Shown here: one piece after another, positions 12,298 to 26,616 of the stretch
Layout: every line of letters begins with the position of its first letter
Numbering within the stretch: the stretch's first letter is position 1
DNA from: Octopus vulgaris
Taxonomy: Eukaryota
NCBI GenBank assembly: GCA_951406725.2
Contig: OX597832.1
Span: 28,210,001-28,274,000 of the forward strand
Length of the DNA: 64,000 nt
Reading direction: 5' to 3'
Position numbers and translations under genes: made by a program
Notes under the pieces: generated by a model
The model's database searches: none
What the model was told of the DNA's origin: nothing
The model's input: only the letters and a program-made list of their open reading frames with translations

Positions 12298-13669
12298 TCC
12301 TTCCTGCATCTCCCTCTCCCCCTCCTCTTCCTCCCACCTGTTTACTTCCTCTTCCTATCACCTCCTCTCACACACTGTACCTCAGTTTTTCCTCCTCCTT
12401 TTCCAATTTTCATGGGTTCAAAATCAAAGTTAGCAACCCTAACACACACACACACACACAATCTCATCCGTGCTTTCCCCTCCCTTTCATCCTTTTCCTA
12501 CTCCTACTCATTCTTTCTCCTCCCCCTCCTTGTATCATCATACTACCACCCATTCTCCCTTTCTCTCACACAAACACCCATACCCCTTCCCCTTCTCAAT
12601 ATGGCCACTCCACCAGTTAGAAATAGCAGCCAACTTTCTCTCAAATCACACCCTACTATCTTTAGAAAACAAAAAAAAACCAAAAACAAACATCCTGAAA
12701 CACATTACATAATATAGTCCTAGGTACACTGTGTCTAGGAAACCAAATATGATGGAATGGTCACAGGATGGAATGTCATTCGATACAAGTTGACCCTGCG
12801 TTAAACAATAACAACTACATCCTTCTCTCTTTCTTCCACATGAGAGTAAGTACCCTTAAACCACTCCTTAAAGTCCCATCCTGCAAAAAAAATATTTCCA
12901 GATTCTCAAACCCGCCACCCCGCCAATGTTGTGTACCCTTGGGTTGGGAGTGCTGCCCTTCCTGTCCCTCCGCCACCAACTGCAGCCTTGACCCAGTGAA
13001 ATGCAAGGGAAGCTGTTTTTTACATAAACAACAACAAAAAAAAAAACTTTTCCTACAAAGTTTTTTCCAATCTTCATGAGTTTCTCACAGAAAAACTAGA
13101 GGAGGAGGAGGAGGTGGTCGGTGGTGGGAAGAGGAGGAAATTTTCTGGATGACTTCACCCTCGAATGAAGGGATGTAACCTCCTACCTCACCCTTACACC
13201 ACACACACAACTTTTAGGTTTCCGAGGGTAGTTTTTCCATTTACAAGAATTCACGATAAGAGTTTTCTCTCTCCTGTTCTTGTTGGTGTTTTCTTTTTTT
13301 TCTTCCTTCAGCAACGAGAAAAGAAAGAATTAATCACTGAAGCGTGAAGTGTCAAATTCATAGACCAAAGGAAGAAACGAGGGGTTTTGATTTCCATGCC
13401 TCTCCACCAACCAGCCTGAAGCTGTCACAAACTTCCTGTTTTGATGTAATCTAAATTAAAACTTTACACCAAAACTTCATGCTAATTTATGTTAATTTAT
13501 GTTCCACCAGCTTAATAATGACAGACTTCTTTTATGAAATTCTTCATTATTTCAAAAATTAATTGCAACAAAAGGCAATGTATTTCACCAGAATGGTTAA
13601 AGTGATCTAACTTAAATCTTTCCATCAAAATTTCGGATTAGTCTAAATTCCAGACACCAACTTAGTAAC

Positions 13670-13860
13670 GACAGAGTTCATTTCTATATTTAAGAGATGA
13701 GGAATTATTTACATTTGACGGATATTTGTCCTCATCTTGTTTGTTGTTAACACAGCGTTTCGGCTGATATACCCTCCAGCCTTCGTTAGGTGTCTTGGGG
13801 AAATTTCGAACCTGGGTTCTCATTCCTAAGGTATTTTTCGATGTTATTATTACCATTATT
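13670..13860 (-). mobile_element. Penelope-like terminal repeat remnant with decayed hammerhead
   Basis: Minus strand gacac-CTAACGA-a-ggctg...cagcc-GAAAc-gct-gtgtt. Confidence 0.5.
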
Positions 13861-14906
13861 ATTATTCAGGCCACTGCCTGGAATCGAACTCAGAATCTTG
13901 GGGTTAGTAGCCTGTGCTCTTAAGCACTATGCCATATGCCCATGGAGTGAATTTTAAGGCTTATAAATCTAATCTTTTCCTATCCTTCCTTAATACTGGT
14001 TCTAACTCTAATTGTGAACACTGGATCCGGTTGACTCCGTGGAAGAACTCTTCATGTCTCAATGGAGGGGAAATAAGCTGCTGCAATGCATTGTGGAGTG
14101 CAAAGAGCAAGATGAGGCTAGCAAGACATCTTGGTCAACCGTTTCCATCCCCGGTCATCTTAACCTGGTCTTGCCACTGGACTGAAGGTGGTCATGGACA
14201 AGAAAGTAGGGTTGACCGTGCACAACTCTATTCATGTTAAACAAAGTCACCGCACAAGTCATTAGTCATCCTTCAGGATGAATGATGGTCCTCATTGCAC
14301 CGATGGAGGAACATGAGAACACTAACATTGGCATCATCATCATCATCATCGTTTAACGTCCATTTTCCATGCTAGCATGGATTGGACGGTTTGACTGGGT
14401 TCTGGGAAGCCAGGAGGCTGCACCAGGCTCCAGTCTGATCTGGCAGTGTTTCTACAGCTGGATGCCCTTCCTAATGCCAACCACTCCGTGAGTGTAGTGG
14501 GTGCTTTTTACGTGCCACCGGCACAGGTGCCAGGGGAGGCTGGAAACGACCACGATCAGTTGGTGCTTTTTACGTACCACCGGCACGGAAGCCAGTCAAG
14601 GTGGCGCTGGCATCAGCCACATTCGGATGGTGCTTTTTACGTGCCACCCACACAGGTATCACAACTACGTTAAATATAAATTCTACTTTAAAGGGTCAGG
14701 GCTCAAATCCTTGTCAAAACTTCACACTAGATTGGCAATCAGGTAATTTGGTCTGGTACCGATTTACCTGATAGTGGCCAGGTAATTTGGTCAAGGTATG
14801 AAGTTTATAAGATATATGACTTCAGTAGATCTGGAGATATGATGTGACCCCTATGTACGTAACCCCTATAAATGATATCTGACAGGAATGAAATGAACAC
14901 AATATG

Positions 14907-15276
14907 TAAGGTCTGTCGTATAATATGGCCCCTATATGTATAAGGTCCAATTGTTATCCGACCTTCATAGATCTAGCAGGTATAATATGATCCCTAATTT
15001 TATAAGATCTAACAGATATATGACTCCCTATTTAGACTACCAGGAAACAGTTCTCTCTCTCAGACAAACCATTCTCTTACCATTTTACTAAGGTCTGTCA
15101 TATAATACGGCCCCTATATGTATAAGGTCCAATAATTATTCGATGTTAATAGATCTAGCAGGTATAATATGATCCCTAATTTTATAAGATCTAACAGTTA
15201 TATGACTCCCTATTTAGAATACCAGGAAACAGTTCTCGCTCTCTCTCAGACAAACGGTTCTCTTACCTTTTTTACT
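14907..15276. repeat. ~185-bp tandem duplication including the exon-10 donor
   Basis: Units 14907-15090 and 15089-15276, each ending ctcttacc(a/t)ttttacta. Confidence 0.92.
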
Positions 15277-15431
15277 AGAATGGTGAGGCCTTGATATTTG
15301 AAAGGCTTTGAAAAATCTATGTGTTGAGCTCTCTCTGGGTTAATAGTGAGGGGTGCCATGATCATGTCTGCTTCTCCAGACACCAGCTCCCCTATCATAC
15401 CATTCCACTTCTTATCGGAGGAACCATTTCT
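15267..15431 (-). CDS. GRIN1: GluN1 coding exon 10 (S1, ligand-binding Arg)
   Basis: atttccag|[55 protein letters not shown]|gtaaga. 165 nt. Confidence 0.97.
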
Positions 15432-15730
15432 CTGGAAATAAGAAAAATCAAAAACACTCAAGTAATATATTGAGGGGGCAGCACCATCTGTAATGACAAC
15501 AACAGTGACAACAAGAACAAATGCCATAGAACAACCAGAAGTGCAATGTATGATTATTTTATGGTTTTGGTATTGAAACGTGACCATGCTGGAGCATCAG
15601 CTTTGAGGGATTTCAGTCAGTCATAACAATGCCAGTTTGGTATTGATTTATTGATCTCTACTTATTGAATGGTTGAGTTCATTTTTTGAGGGAAAATAAC
15701 AGAACTCAGTCCTTTGTTTTAAAATGGTAA

Positions 15731-16235
15731 ACACACACACACACACATCCAAGGACAGCACACACACACACACACACACATACAGGACAGCACACATGCA
15801 CACACACACACATCCAGTACAGCACATGCACACACACACACATACATACAGGACAGCACACGTATGCACACACACACACATCCAGTACAGCACATGCACA
15901 CACACACACACACAGCCAGGACAGCACACACACACACACACACATCCAAGACAGCACATGCACACACACACACACACACATCCATGATAGCACACACACA
16001 CACACACACACACACATCCAAGACAGCACATGCACACACACACACACATACAGGACAGCACATGTATGCACACACACACACACATCCATGACAGCACACG
16101 CATGCACATGCACACACACACACATCTAGGACAGCACATGCACACACACACACACATACAGGACAGCACACGTATGCACACACACACACATCCATGACAG
16201 ATCACGCACGCACACACACACGTCCATGACAGCAC
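15731..16235. repeat. Compound minisatellite, (CA)n-tcc/tac-aggacagca, ~30-bp units
   Basis: More than 15 units with variable CA tracts. Confidence 0.9.
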
Positions 16236-16753
16236 GTTTCTCTTTGACACTGCCTGGGGTCATGTTTTGCAACAGCAGAGAGAAATTCTGTGGTTATTTC
16301 TTGAATTTGTCGATAATTGACAAAGTCAGCAACAATGGTTTGTAGACAAAGGAATGGATGCAGGTTCTAGGTGCGCAGATTATGTGCAGCATGCATTGTG
16401 CATAAACCGTGTACGTATGGTGCTTAGATTAAAGCACGGCGTATAATTTAGGGTGGAGTTTCTGAAATTTTTTTTTACAAAACGGGGAATAACAACGACA
16501 TCAACAACAACAACAACAATAATAATTTTAAACTTTTGTTTCTAAAGTGTAAAATTTCAAATTCCTGAAGTAATTTTAGCAGAAAAACAGAGAAAAGAAG
16601 GAGGTCAAACTTGGAGATTAGATTAACATATATAACTAGAAATGCAGTCACACACACACACACACACAAAACATATATGAAAATATAATGCCATATTCTT
16701 TAGCAGAGACATGTGGCATTGTGAGGAAACAAGCTTACAACATAGAACTATAA

Positions 16754-16807
<54 letters not shown>

Positions 16808-16808
16808 G

Positions 16809-16869
<61 letters not shown>

Positions 16870-16882
16870 GTATGTATATATG

Positions 16883-16938
<56 letters not shown>

Positions 16939-17371
16939 TATATGTATACATATCTTCATACACAAATACAGATATAGCTATTATTTAGCCCCAGGTCAGT
17001 CCTAATCTAACCCAGAAGCCCTATGATCAAAGGTGATCTAGTAGGTGATCATTCTGTCTTTTATTCAGCCATAGTGTACCTAGGACTACATTTTCTAATG
17101 TCTTCTTCCCTGTTGTTTACCCTCAGGCCAACTTTGATCAAACCCTGGACTGACCAAAGCTTTGTGAGTGGATTTGGTTGATGGAAACTGAAAGAAGCCC
17201 ATTGTGCGTGTGTTTGTGTGTGCATGCGCATGGATTCATGTGTGCATATGCATGTGTGTGTGTGTGCATGCACATGGATTCATGTGTGCATATGCATGTG
17301 TGTGTGTGTGTGCGCGTGTCTGTCTGTCTATCTATCTATCTATCTAAATATACATATAAATACACACACAC

Positions 17372-17414
<43 letters not shown>

Positions 17415-20400
17415 TGATACATATGTATAAATACATACACACACACGTGTATGCGTGTGTCTCCTTGCTTTGGCATCAAGGGTAAGTTGTAAACAAGTAT
17501 CACTCTCATACAAGTGGTGTCCTTTGTTTCCTGTCTTTTCATAAAAAAAACATGTTTGTCCATGGGAAAATCTTGCCTTGCTCAGAAATAGGCGAGGGTT
17601 GGTGACAGGAAGGGCATCCGACCACAAAAAGTTGCCTCAAGGAATTCAGTCAAACCCATGCAAACATGGAAAAATGGACGTTAAAACGATAATGACAACA
17701 ATCAAGGTTTTATCTTTCAAAACCTTATAATTCTTTTTAAAGGGCCCATCCTTTGGGAAACCCTGAACTAAATACATCACTCAGCCCTTTCTTCAATGCC
17801 TTCGCACAACTTGTGGACTTATTTCAATATAAGGACCTGTTATAAAAAATCTGGTGAATATCGTATATATTAGACACCTCAGCGATGGAATGGGATACCA
17901 CAGCCAGGCAACCCCCTCAATAATAATAATAACAATGCTTTGGGTAAGAAAAGGCCCAGTTGGGGGCTGTTGTTTTTGGGGTTGTTTTTTGTTATTTTTC
18001 TTTCCCCCCCCCTCCAAGTCATTCAATTTGGCAAAGCTTTTGTCTTTTTGCATGCGACTTTCTCATGTCACACATGGTTTTTTTTTTTGGCTCTCATTTC
18101 TTTTGAAACCCGATTCTATGAGGGCGGAGACTGAGCAGAAATGAACTGGGATATTTTCTAAGCAAGCAAGCATTGCTCTGATTTTGGTAGTAAAGTAAAT
18201 ACAGAGAGAAAGAGGGAGGGAGAGGGGGAAAGAGAGGGGAGAGTAAGAGAAGGGAGGAGGAGGAGAAGAAGTGCTGTGACGAGAATAAAGGGGGTAAAAG
18301 AACCACATGACGCAGTTAGGGGCTGTTAGAACTGTGAGGGGGTCCCCCGACGAGTTGGAATCTGAGATGAATGTCAAGGAATTGGTTAAAGAGAAAATAA
18401 ATGATGCAATATGTTAGAGAACGTCATCAGATGTCTCCTGGAATTGTCCCTCCTGTATCATTTATCAGGGTGTGTGGGGGGAGGGAGATGGCTGTGGTGG
18501 TGGTGGTGGCAGTGGGTGAGGCGGAGTGGGGGGTGGGGGCGATGGGAATGGTAAACATTGCGTGAACGGTAGAAATAGGACAAACAACAGCAGGAATAAC
18601 AATAACAGTAGCAATAATAATAACACAACTATCGTCCCCACTTGCACATCTACCACTAGCGCTACCACCACCCATACTAAAGCTTCTACCAGCAACACCA
18701 CCACCACCATTTACTATTCCCCTTCACCAACACCAGACTAATGTTGAACATACAGATTTCATATTTTGGCACATGGCCAGCGATTTCTGGGGAAGAGATA
18801 AGTCGATTACATCGACCCCAGTACATAACTGGTACTTATTTTATTGACCCCGAAAGGATAAAAGACAAAGTCGACCTTGATAGAATTTGAACTCAGAACA
18901 CAAAGACAGACCAAAAGCTTTTAAGCGTTTTGCTCCGTGTGTTAACAATTCTGCCAGCTCACCACCTCGTTATGCTGATTATATTCAGTTTTTATCACAT
19001 CAGAAATTTGAGGTTTATTCTTTGGTGACTAATGACTGATGTTTGATGTCTAGTGACTAATGGCTGATGACTGTTCATTGATGCTTGATGTTTATTGTGT
19101 ATTGTGTGGTTTAAAGTCTCCACTGTTTGATATCTGGTGTGTAATATTGCGTATGAATGCTTGGTGTAGAGTGTCTTATGATTAATGCTTAATGACTAAC
19201 ATTTGATATCTGATGACTTATGACTAATAATCATTCACATTATTTTTGCTGTTTGATGACAGATGCTTGATGTCTGATGGTTAATTTATGTTTGACATAT
19301 GATGGGCTTCTTTCAGTTTCCGTCTACCAAATTCACTCACAAGGCTTTGGTCGGCGCGAGGCTATAGTAGAAGACACTTGCCCAAGGTGCCACGCAGTGG
19401 GATTGAACCCGGAACCATGTGGTTGGTAAGCAAGCTACTTACCACATAGCCACTCCTGTGTCTATATATATATATATATAATCGTCATAATCCTTTAAAT
19501 ATTCACTTTGCCATGCTGTCATGAGTTGAACAGAATTTATGAAGGCAGATTTTCTACAGCTGGATGCCCTTCCTGTTGTCAACCCTCACCTGTTTTCCAA
19601 GCAAATGAAGATTTCTCCATGGCCTGACATCGTTTTTTTTGCAGAAGTTCAGAAATGAATGACATCCATTTCCAGCAATCACAGGAGGTCAAAACAGACC
19701 CCCCCCACCACCAAAAAAAAACCCCATACACGTACTCACATGGCTCAGTTCAAGACTATAGTAGAAGACACTGGCTCAGGGTGCCACACAGTGGAATTGA
19801 ACCTGGAACCATCTGGTTGGGAAGCAAACTATTTAACCACACAGCTCCACTTGATCTCTAAGGCTTTACATCTAACACAAGATACTCTGTAACATGACTA
19901 ATGTTTAATGACTAATGTGTGATGACTGGTGACGGTTCAATACTTCTATAATTATTTTATTATTGTAGTTGTTTAATCCCATGCCAAACGCCCTCCATCC
20001 ATGACTACCGTGTCTTTTATTCAGATGCAATATACCAAAGGCTACATTTCCTAATGCATCCTTCTTTTATTAAGCTGGAAAAGTGCAGTTTCAGGGAGAT
20101 TTGGGTGCTATTTCTAGCATTTGGGAAGACCATGTAGAGACCCCCTCCCTCACTAAGTCCTTACATTATTCTTAGGTATTTGGCGGCGAGCTGGCAGAAT
20201 TGTTAGCACGCTGGACGAATTGCATAGAAGTATTTTGCCTGTTGCTACGTTCTGAGTTCAAATTCCACCAAGGTCAACTTTGCCTTTCATCCCTTTGAGA
20301 TCGATAAATTAAGTACTGGGTCTTAATTTGAGGCCTCGTGCTCCCAATAGAAAGGATTGTTCTTAGATTATTTCTTGAGAGTGGGAAATTTTCTAAGAGA

Positions 20401-21442
20401 ATGTAGATCCAAGGGAAACAACTCGTTGTCACTCAGACGAGAGGGAGCTTCACAACAGAAACTTTTACTAAAATATTCCAAAGTCGTCTTTGAAACCAGT
20501 AACTTGTGAAGCTGGAAACTTTTTTTCCCTCCTTGTAAGGAGGTCCTATATTTTGCTGAACTGCCACGTTATAGGGCCGTAAACAATTCAACACCGGCTA
20601 TTTGGGTGACGATAAACACAAAGACACACACACACACACGCAATGTGGGGTTAGGGTATTCGGTTCGCGATCGTAGGGTCATGAGTTCGATTCCCGACGG
20701 CAGCGTGTGTCCTTGAGCAAGACACGTTATTTCACGTTGCTCCAGTTCATTCAGCTGACAAAAATGAGTTGTACCTGTATTTCAAAGGGCCAGCCCTGTC
20801 ACACCCTGTGTCACACTGAATCTCCCTGAGAAGTATGTCAAGGGGTAAGCGTGTCTGTGGAGTGCTCAGCCACTTGCATGTTAATCTCACGTGCAAGCTG
20901 TTCCGTTGATCGGATCAGCTGGAACCTTCGTCATCGTAAGCGATGGAGTGCCACTTTTCTTTTACTATAAGACACTTTCCCAAGGTAGCAGGCAGTGGGA
21001 CTGAACCAGAGAGAGCAGAGATAGATAAACAGACAGATTAGTAAAAATAAAGTCATGCCAGACTCATAAGGACCGGTTTCCCTTTTACATGACTTATAAA
21101 TTCCCCACCTGGACGGGACACCTGTCTGTGCAATGTTTACTCATCATTGCCAGCTGAGTGGACTGGTGCAATGTGAAATGAAGTGTTTTGCTCAAGAACA
21201 CAACGTGTTGCCTGGTCCAGGAATCGAAACCACAATCTTACGATCATGAGTCCAACACCCCTAACCACTAAGCCACGTGCCTCCACTGACAGATTTTGCA
21301 AATAAGAATGTTCTAAATACCGTGCATTTGACAAAATACATTCCCACCCTCACCACCCCTTTCCCCCTCAGATCAACCCTTGTCAGGTGTGTGTGTGTGT
21401 GTGTGATTGTGGATAGAAGATGAAAAGAAACTGTGAACCTAC

Positions 21443-21567
21443 TCTTTCAAAAGATCCATAAGTATTTTCTGAACTTAAGTGTAATTCGAATGTGAAGTTG
21501 ACCCGGGTTGAAAGGTTCTTCAGTAAATCTATGCAATAACCTTTACAGCAGTAGTCTGTGAGGTTAC
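21443..21567 (-). CDS. GRIN1: GluN1 coding exon 9 (S1)
   Basis: tcttgcag|(G)NLTDYCCKGYCIDLLKNLSTRVNFTFELHLSSENTYGSFER|gtaggt. 125 nt, contains the CCxGYCIDLL motif. Confidence 0.95.
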
Positions 21568-22276
21568 CTGCAAGAAAAGAATAAACAACAATAGTGTTGC
21601 ATGGTCATGACTTGGAAGGAGAGACATAAACGAAACGAAGAAAACGGGATCACACTACATGCATACAATGACCTTATGGAAGGGAAGGAGAGACATGTGG
21701 GAGGTCTAGAAGGGAGTGAAGATGTTCCACATGTGTGTTCATGATAGGAGAGAGAGAGAGAGAGAGAGCTAACTATGTATGCATTCTCAGTGTAGAAGGA
21801 GAGAGGACACACTTTATTATTATTATTATTATTATTATCATCGTTTAACATCCGCTTTCCATGCTAGCATGGGTTGGACGATTTGACTGAGGACTGGTGA
21901 ACCAGATGGCTGCACCAGACTCCAATGTGATCTGGCAGAGTTTCTACAGCTGGATGCCCTTCCTAACGCTAACCACTCTGAGAGTGAAGTGGGTGCTTTT
22001 ACATGTCACAGCCATGAGGGCCAGTCAGGCAGTACTGGCAATGGCCACGCTCGAATGTTTTTTCACGTGCCACCAGTGCAAGTGCCAGTAAGGCGACGCT
22101 AGATATAAAAAATGAAAACATCAGTTGCAAGTGAGTCTGTTGTGGTTGATGGCAGGATAGAATGTACGATGATTTTGTGATTTTGTAATTATGAGCAGAC
22201 ATAGAGCATCCTTTCAATCCTCCTCCTCCACTCCCTCTTCCAACTCATCAGAACATCCAGAGTGTGGCATCAGGGC

Positions 22277-22353
<77 letters not shown>

Positions 22354-22585
22354 GCATGAGCAGTAGGAATGATACTCATTTCAGCTGAGCAGACTGGAAA
22401 GAAATGTGAAAATGAAGTGCCATGCTCAAGGACTCAATGTGACATCCAGTTCAAGAATTGAACCCATGGCCTTGTGATTGTGAGCCTTGTACTCTAACCA
22501 TAAGGCCACATATCTTCACATACACTAAATATCCAATAATCACAACATGTAAAGATGCTCCACATGTAGGAAGGAGAGAGAGAGG

Positions 22586-22656
<71 letters not shown>

Positions 22657-22671
22657 CCACACACACACACA

Positions 22672-22979
22672 CAGAGTCATATTTTTCATGTCTACATATA
22701 GGTTCAAATCCTGGTCATGGCATGTCACTTTTTTGTCCAACCCATGCTAGCATGGAAAGCGGACGTTAAACGATGATGATGATGATGATGATGATGAAAA
22801 GGAGACTCAAAAGGAAAAAAATTTTACATTTACAAAAAGAATTGGTGCCAAGAGAGACAGTAAAAGACAGAAAACCCCAGGAGGAACAGGCTAAAATGCC
22901 ATCAACCAGGGATCATGAAAAGTTGCTCAATCACACACACACACACATACACACACATATACACACACACATACACACA

Positions 22980-23029
<50 letters not shown>

Positions 23030-23399
23030 CATATTTTTCATGTCTACATGTAGGTTCAAATCCTGGTCACGGCATGTCACTCTTTTGTCCAACCCATGCT
23101 AGCATGGAAAGCGGATGTTAAACGACGATGACGATGATGAAAAGGAGACACAAAAGGAAAAAAATTTTACATTTACAAAAAGAATTGGTGCCAAGAGAGA
23201 CAGTAAAAGACAGAAAACCCAAGAAGGATTTGAAACACAAACAGCCGCTAAGGCACTGCCATTTTATCCTCCTTGTGTCGACAACAGACTAAAATGCCAT
23301 CAACCAGGGATCATTAAAAGTTGCTCTATCACACACACACACACACATACACACACACTTACACACACACACACATACACACACACATACATACATACA

Positions 23400-23448
<49 letters not shown>
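22672..23448. repeat. ~350-420-bp tandem duplication downstream of exon 8
   Basis: cagagtcatatttttcatgtctac...ccatcaaccagggatcat...(CA)n occurs twice. The first unit lacks ~70 bp. Confidence 0.85.
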
Positions 23449-23451
<3 letters not shown>

Positions 23452-23471
23452 GGCTTCAGTGGGTTCCTCAC

Positions 23472-23577
23472 CTGTTGATTTGTCAGTATGTGGGCAAAAG
23501 ACCTCCTCTGAGTCACAGGCTTCCCCTTTAGGAATCGGTCTCTTATTAATGAATGGTTCTTCTTGGATGGTGACAAC
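23472..23577 (-). CDS. GRIN1: GluN1 coding exon 8 (S1 start)
   Basis: tggtccag|VVTIQEEPFINKRPIPKGEACDSEEVFCPHTDKST+G|gtgagg. 106 nt. Confidence 0.93.
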
Positions 23578-23729
23578 CTGGACCAATGGAAACAACAATG
23601 TTTGAAGACAACAGCAATAACAACAACATCAACATCAATGACATATTTTGCTATTTTGGTGGCTGCCTCTGGGGCTTGCGTAGATTAGGAATCACACCTG
23701 GAGTATTATTATTATCATGATCATTATTG

Positions 23730-24115
23730 GAACCACTCTGTCGGTTCCGACAACGAGGGTTCCGGTTGATCCGAATCAACGGAACAGCCTGCTCGTGAAA
23801 TTAACGTGACAAGTGGCTGAGCACTCCACAGACACGTGTACCCTTAACGTAGTTCTCGGGGATATTCAGCGTGACACAGAGAGTGACAAGGCCGGCCCTT
23901 TCAAATACAGGTACCACAGAAACAGGAAGAAAGAGTGAGAGAAAGTTGTGGTGAAAGAGTACAGCAGGGATCACCACCATCCCCTGCCGGAGGCTCGTGG
24001 AGCTTTTTTTAGGTGTTTTCGCTCAATAAACACTGACAACGCCCGGTCTGGGAATCGAAACCGCGATCCTGTGACCGCGAGTCCGCTGCCCTAACCACTG
24101 GGCCATTGCGCCTCC
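23730..24115 (-). mobile_element. tRNA-derived SINE, family C
   Basis: Head ggaggcgcaatggcccagtggttagggcagcggactcgcg...gtttcgattcccag. Related copies at ~20645, 28545, 30880, 31378 and 62605. Confidence 0.8.
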
Positions 24116-24310
24116 GATCATTATTATGATTAAGGTGGTGAGTTAACAGAATGTCTGTCTTTACGTTCTGAGTCCAGATGCTGCTGAGATTGATTTTGCC
24201 TTTCATCTTTCCTGGATTGATGAAATGAGTACCAGCTGCGTATTAGGGCTGATGTAATCGACTTGTCTCCCCTCTCCAAAAATTGCTGGCCTTGTGCCAA
24301 AATTTGAAAC

Positions 24311-24357
<47 letters not shown>

Positions 24358-25839
24358 ATTATTATTATTATTAAGGCGGCGAGTTGGCAGAATCGTTAGC
24401 ACGCCGGGCGAAATGCGTAGCCGTATTTCGTCAGCCATTACGTTCTGAGTTCAAATTCCGCCGAGGTCGACTTTGCCTTTCATCCTTTCGGGATCGATAA
24501 AATAAGTACCAGTCATACGCACCGGGGTCGATGTAATCGACTTAATCCGTTTGTCTGTCCCTTGTTTGTCCCCCTCTGTGCTTAGCCTTGTGGGTAGTAA
24601 AGAAATAAGTATTTTGTCTGCCGTTACGTTCTGAGTTCAAATTCGTTTCGGGATCGATAAAATAAGTACCAGTCATATACCAGGTTTGATGTTATCGACT
24701 TAGCCCCTCCCCACAAATTTTGAGCCTTGTGCCTACAGCAGAAAGGATCATTATTATTATTACTATTTATATTAGAGACGCATCTTTTGAGGGTTGTTAA
24801 AATAAGAATATACCGGTCACTAGTGTTGCGTGATTTTCTTTTATCTAAATCAGAAATCATCGATACTATTTGATCGATAAAGAAACAATAACAACCCCAA
24901 CAAGAATAATAATCATTGCAATTATATGACGAGTGCGATTAGTGCGTCGAACAAATAAAAACTGAGGATAGTTGGAATGCTGCATAAAGTAAGGGAGGTA
25001 ATTACTAGGCTACAATTTACTTACCAAGGGGAATAACTCGTGACATACCCACTTTATTTCGTTTTTGGATTTGGTTTGCAAGATTCTTTATATGAGTTCG
25101 TGTGTTGAAGCATATTCTGTTGTGTCTGGGGAGAGTCATTCTCTTTTTGGGCCTTATAATGTAACACACTCACCGGTAAAATTTCCACTTTTTAGGGAAA
25201 TAAAAATAAGAAAAAAGTGGAAATTTTACCAACTTTGTTTTCGTCTTTTGGGATTTATTTTTTTCTCAACCAAAAACGTTTCCAGAATCTCCAAGATTGG
25301 AGGAAAGAACAGACTAAATAATTGTTCTCAATGCTTTAAAACACTAAAGATACCCAAGGGCCAAGTGGTGGTACCGAACTGGTTGGTATGTTCTATGAAC
25401 CCCTACAGTGCAGGCTTCGTATTACTGACGGGACCTACATTACGGTTTCCCCCTCACAAATTATTCTCTCAAGGCTTTGGTGGTCCCGAGACTATGGCAG
25501 AAGACATTTGAGTAAGGTGCCATGCAGAGACATTGAACTCAAAACAACCAGCTGCACAATTAATTTCTTAACCTCACTACCCACAAATATTAATTGTTCC
25601 TTAATATAACTACTAAAACTAGAACTTCCATTGATCAGGGATGGCCATCTATCTGTATCTATTAGTACAAGCTAGGGCATGTTTTTTTATTTGTAGTCCC
25701 CATGCAGGCCAGTATCGCTTCTCTATGCCACTAATGCTATCCAAGAAGAAGGTTTGGCACTGGTGTTATCACAGACATTGCCATTACAACACAAAACATG
25801 GACAGTGCAAGACACCTCATTTGGTACTCTGTCAGTTCT

Positions 25840-26075
25840 TATTTCTTTACTACTCACAAGGGGCTAAACATAGAGGGGACAAACAAGGACAGACAAACGG
25901 ATTAAGTCGATTATATCGACCCCAGTGCGTAAATGGTACTTATTTAATCGACCCCGAAAAGATAAAAGGTAAAGTCGACCTCGGCGGAATTTGAACTCAG
26001 AATGCAAAAACAGACGAAATACTTCTAAGTATTTCGCCCGGTGTGCTAACGATTCTGCCAGCTCACCACCTTTTT
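25840..26075 (-). mobile_element. SINE family B with TSD
   Basis: tactctgtcagttct on both flanks. Confidence 0.8.
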
Positions 26076-26222
26076 ACTCTGTCAGTTCTGCAAATTCATC
26101 ACCCTTGGTCAGGACTTTATTTATCGACCCCGGAAAGTACGAAGGAAAGAATTGACCAATGTAGGATTTGAACTCAGAGCTCTGAGAGCTGCAACAATGA
26201 GCATGAGGTATTCAGTCTAATG

Positions 26223-26610
26223 CAGTGGTTCTCAGCTGTGGTCCATATAAAATTTCCAAGGGTCCATGCAAGCAAAATAATAAGTTGAGGCACAACAGCA
26301 GTACTCTAAGGGTCAATGAGTAAAGTTTGCTTTCGATGCCTTTATTGCAAGAAACAGCTCAGTTCCTTTGTCTAATGTTTTACGTATTTCTCCATATTTC
26401 TGGCCATTGAAACATGTCCTCTCAGAGAGTTCTATGGCAAACCTACTCAAGTGAATGAGGGAAAAACAAAACGGGAATTTTGAAAGATGCATAAGTAAAA
26501 CTAGAATTTAAACATGGATGGAGTCCACCAGAATAAGATAGAATGAAATAGGAATTAAAGGGAGTTCAAGAGTAAAAGAAAAAAATGGTTAAAATGGTTG
26601 AAAAGCACTG
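26223..26610. mobile_element. Degenerate hAT/Charlie-like MITE
   Basis: Ends CAGTGGTTCTCAGC ... GTTGAAAAGCACTG. No clean TSD. Confidence 0.45.
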
Positions 26611-26616
26611 AGCCTT

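Noticed and set aside
15731-16235. CRISPR-like repeat-spacer appearance (also 38295-38740)
   Set aside because: Eukaryotic intron, the 'spacers' are CA tracts or degenerate copies of one unit, and there are no cas genes.
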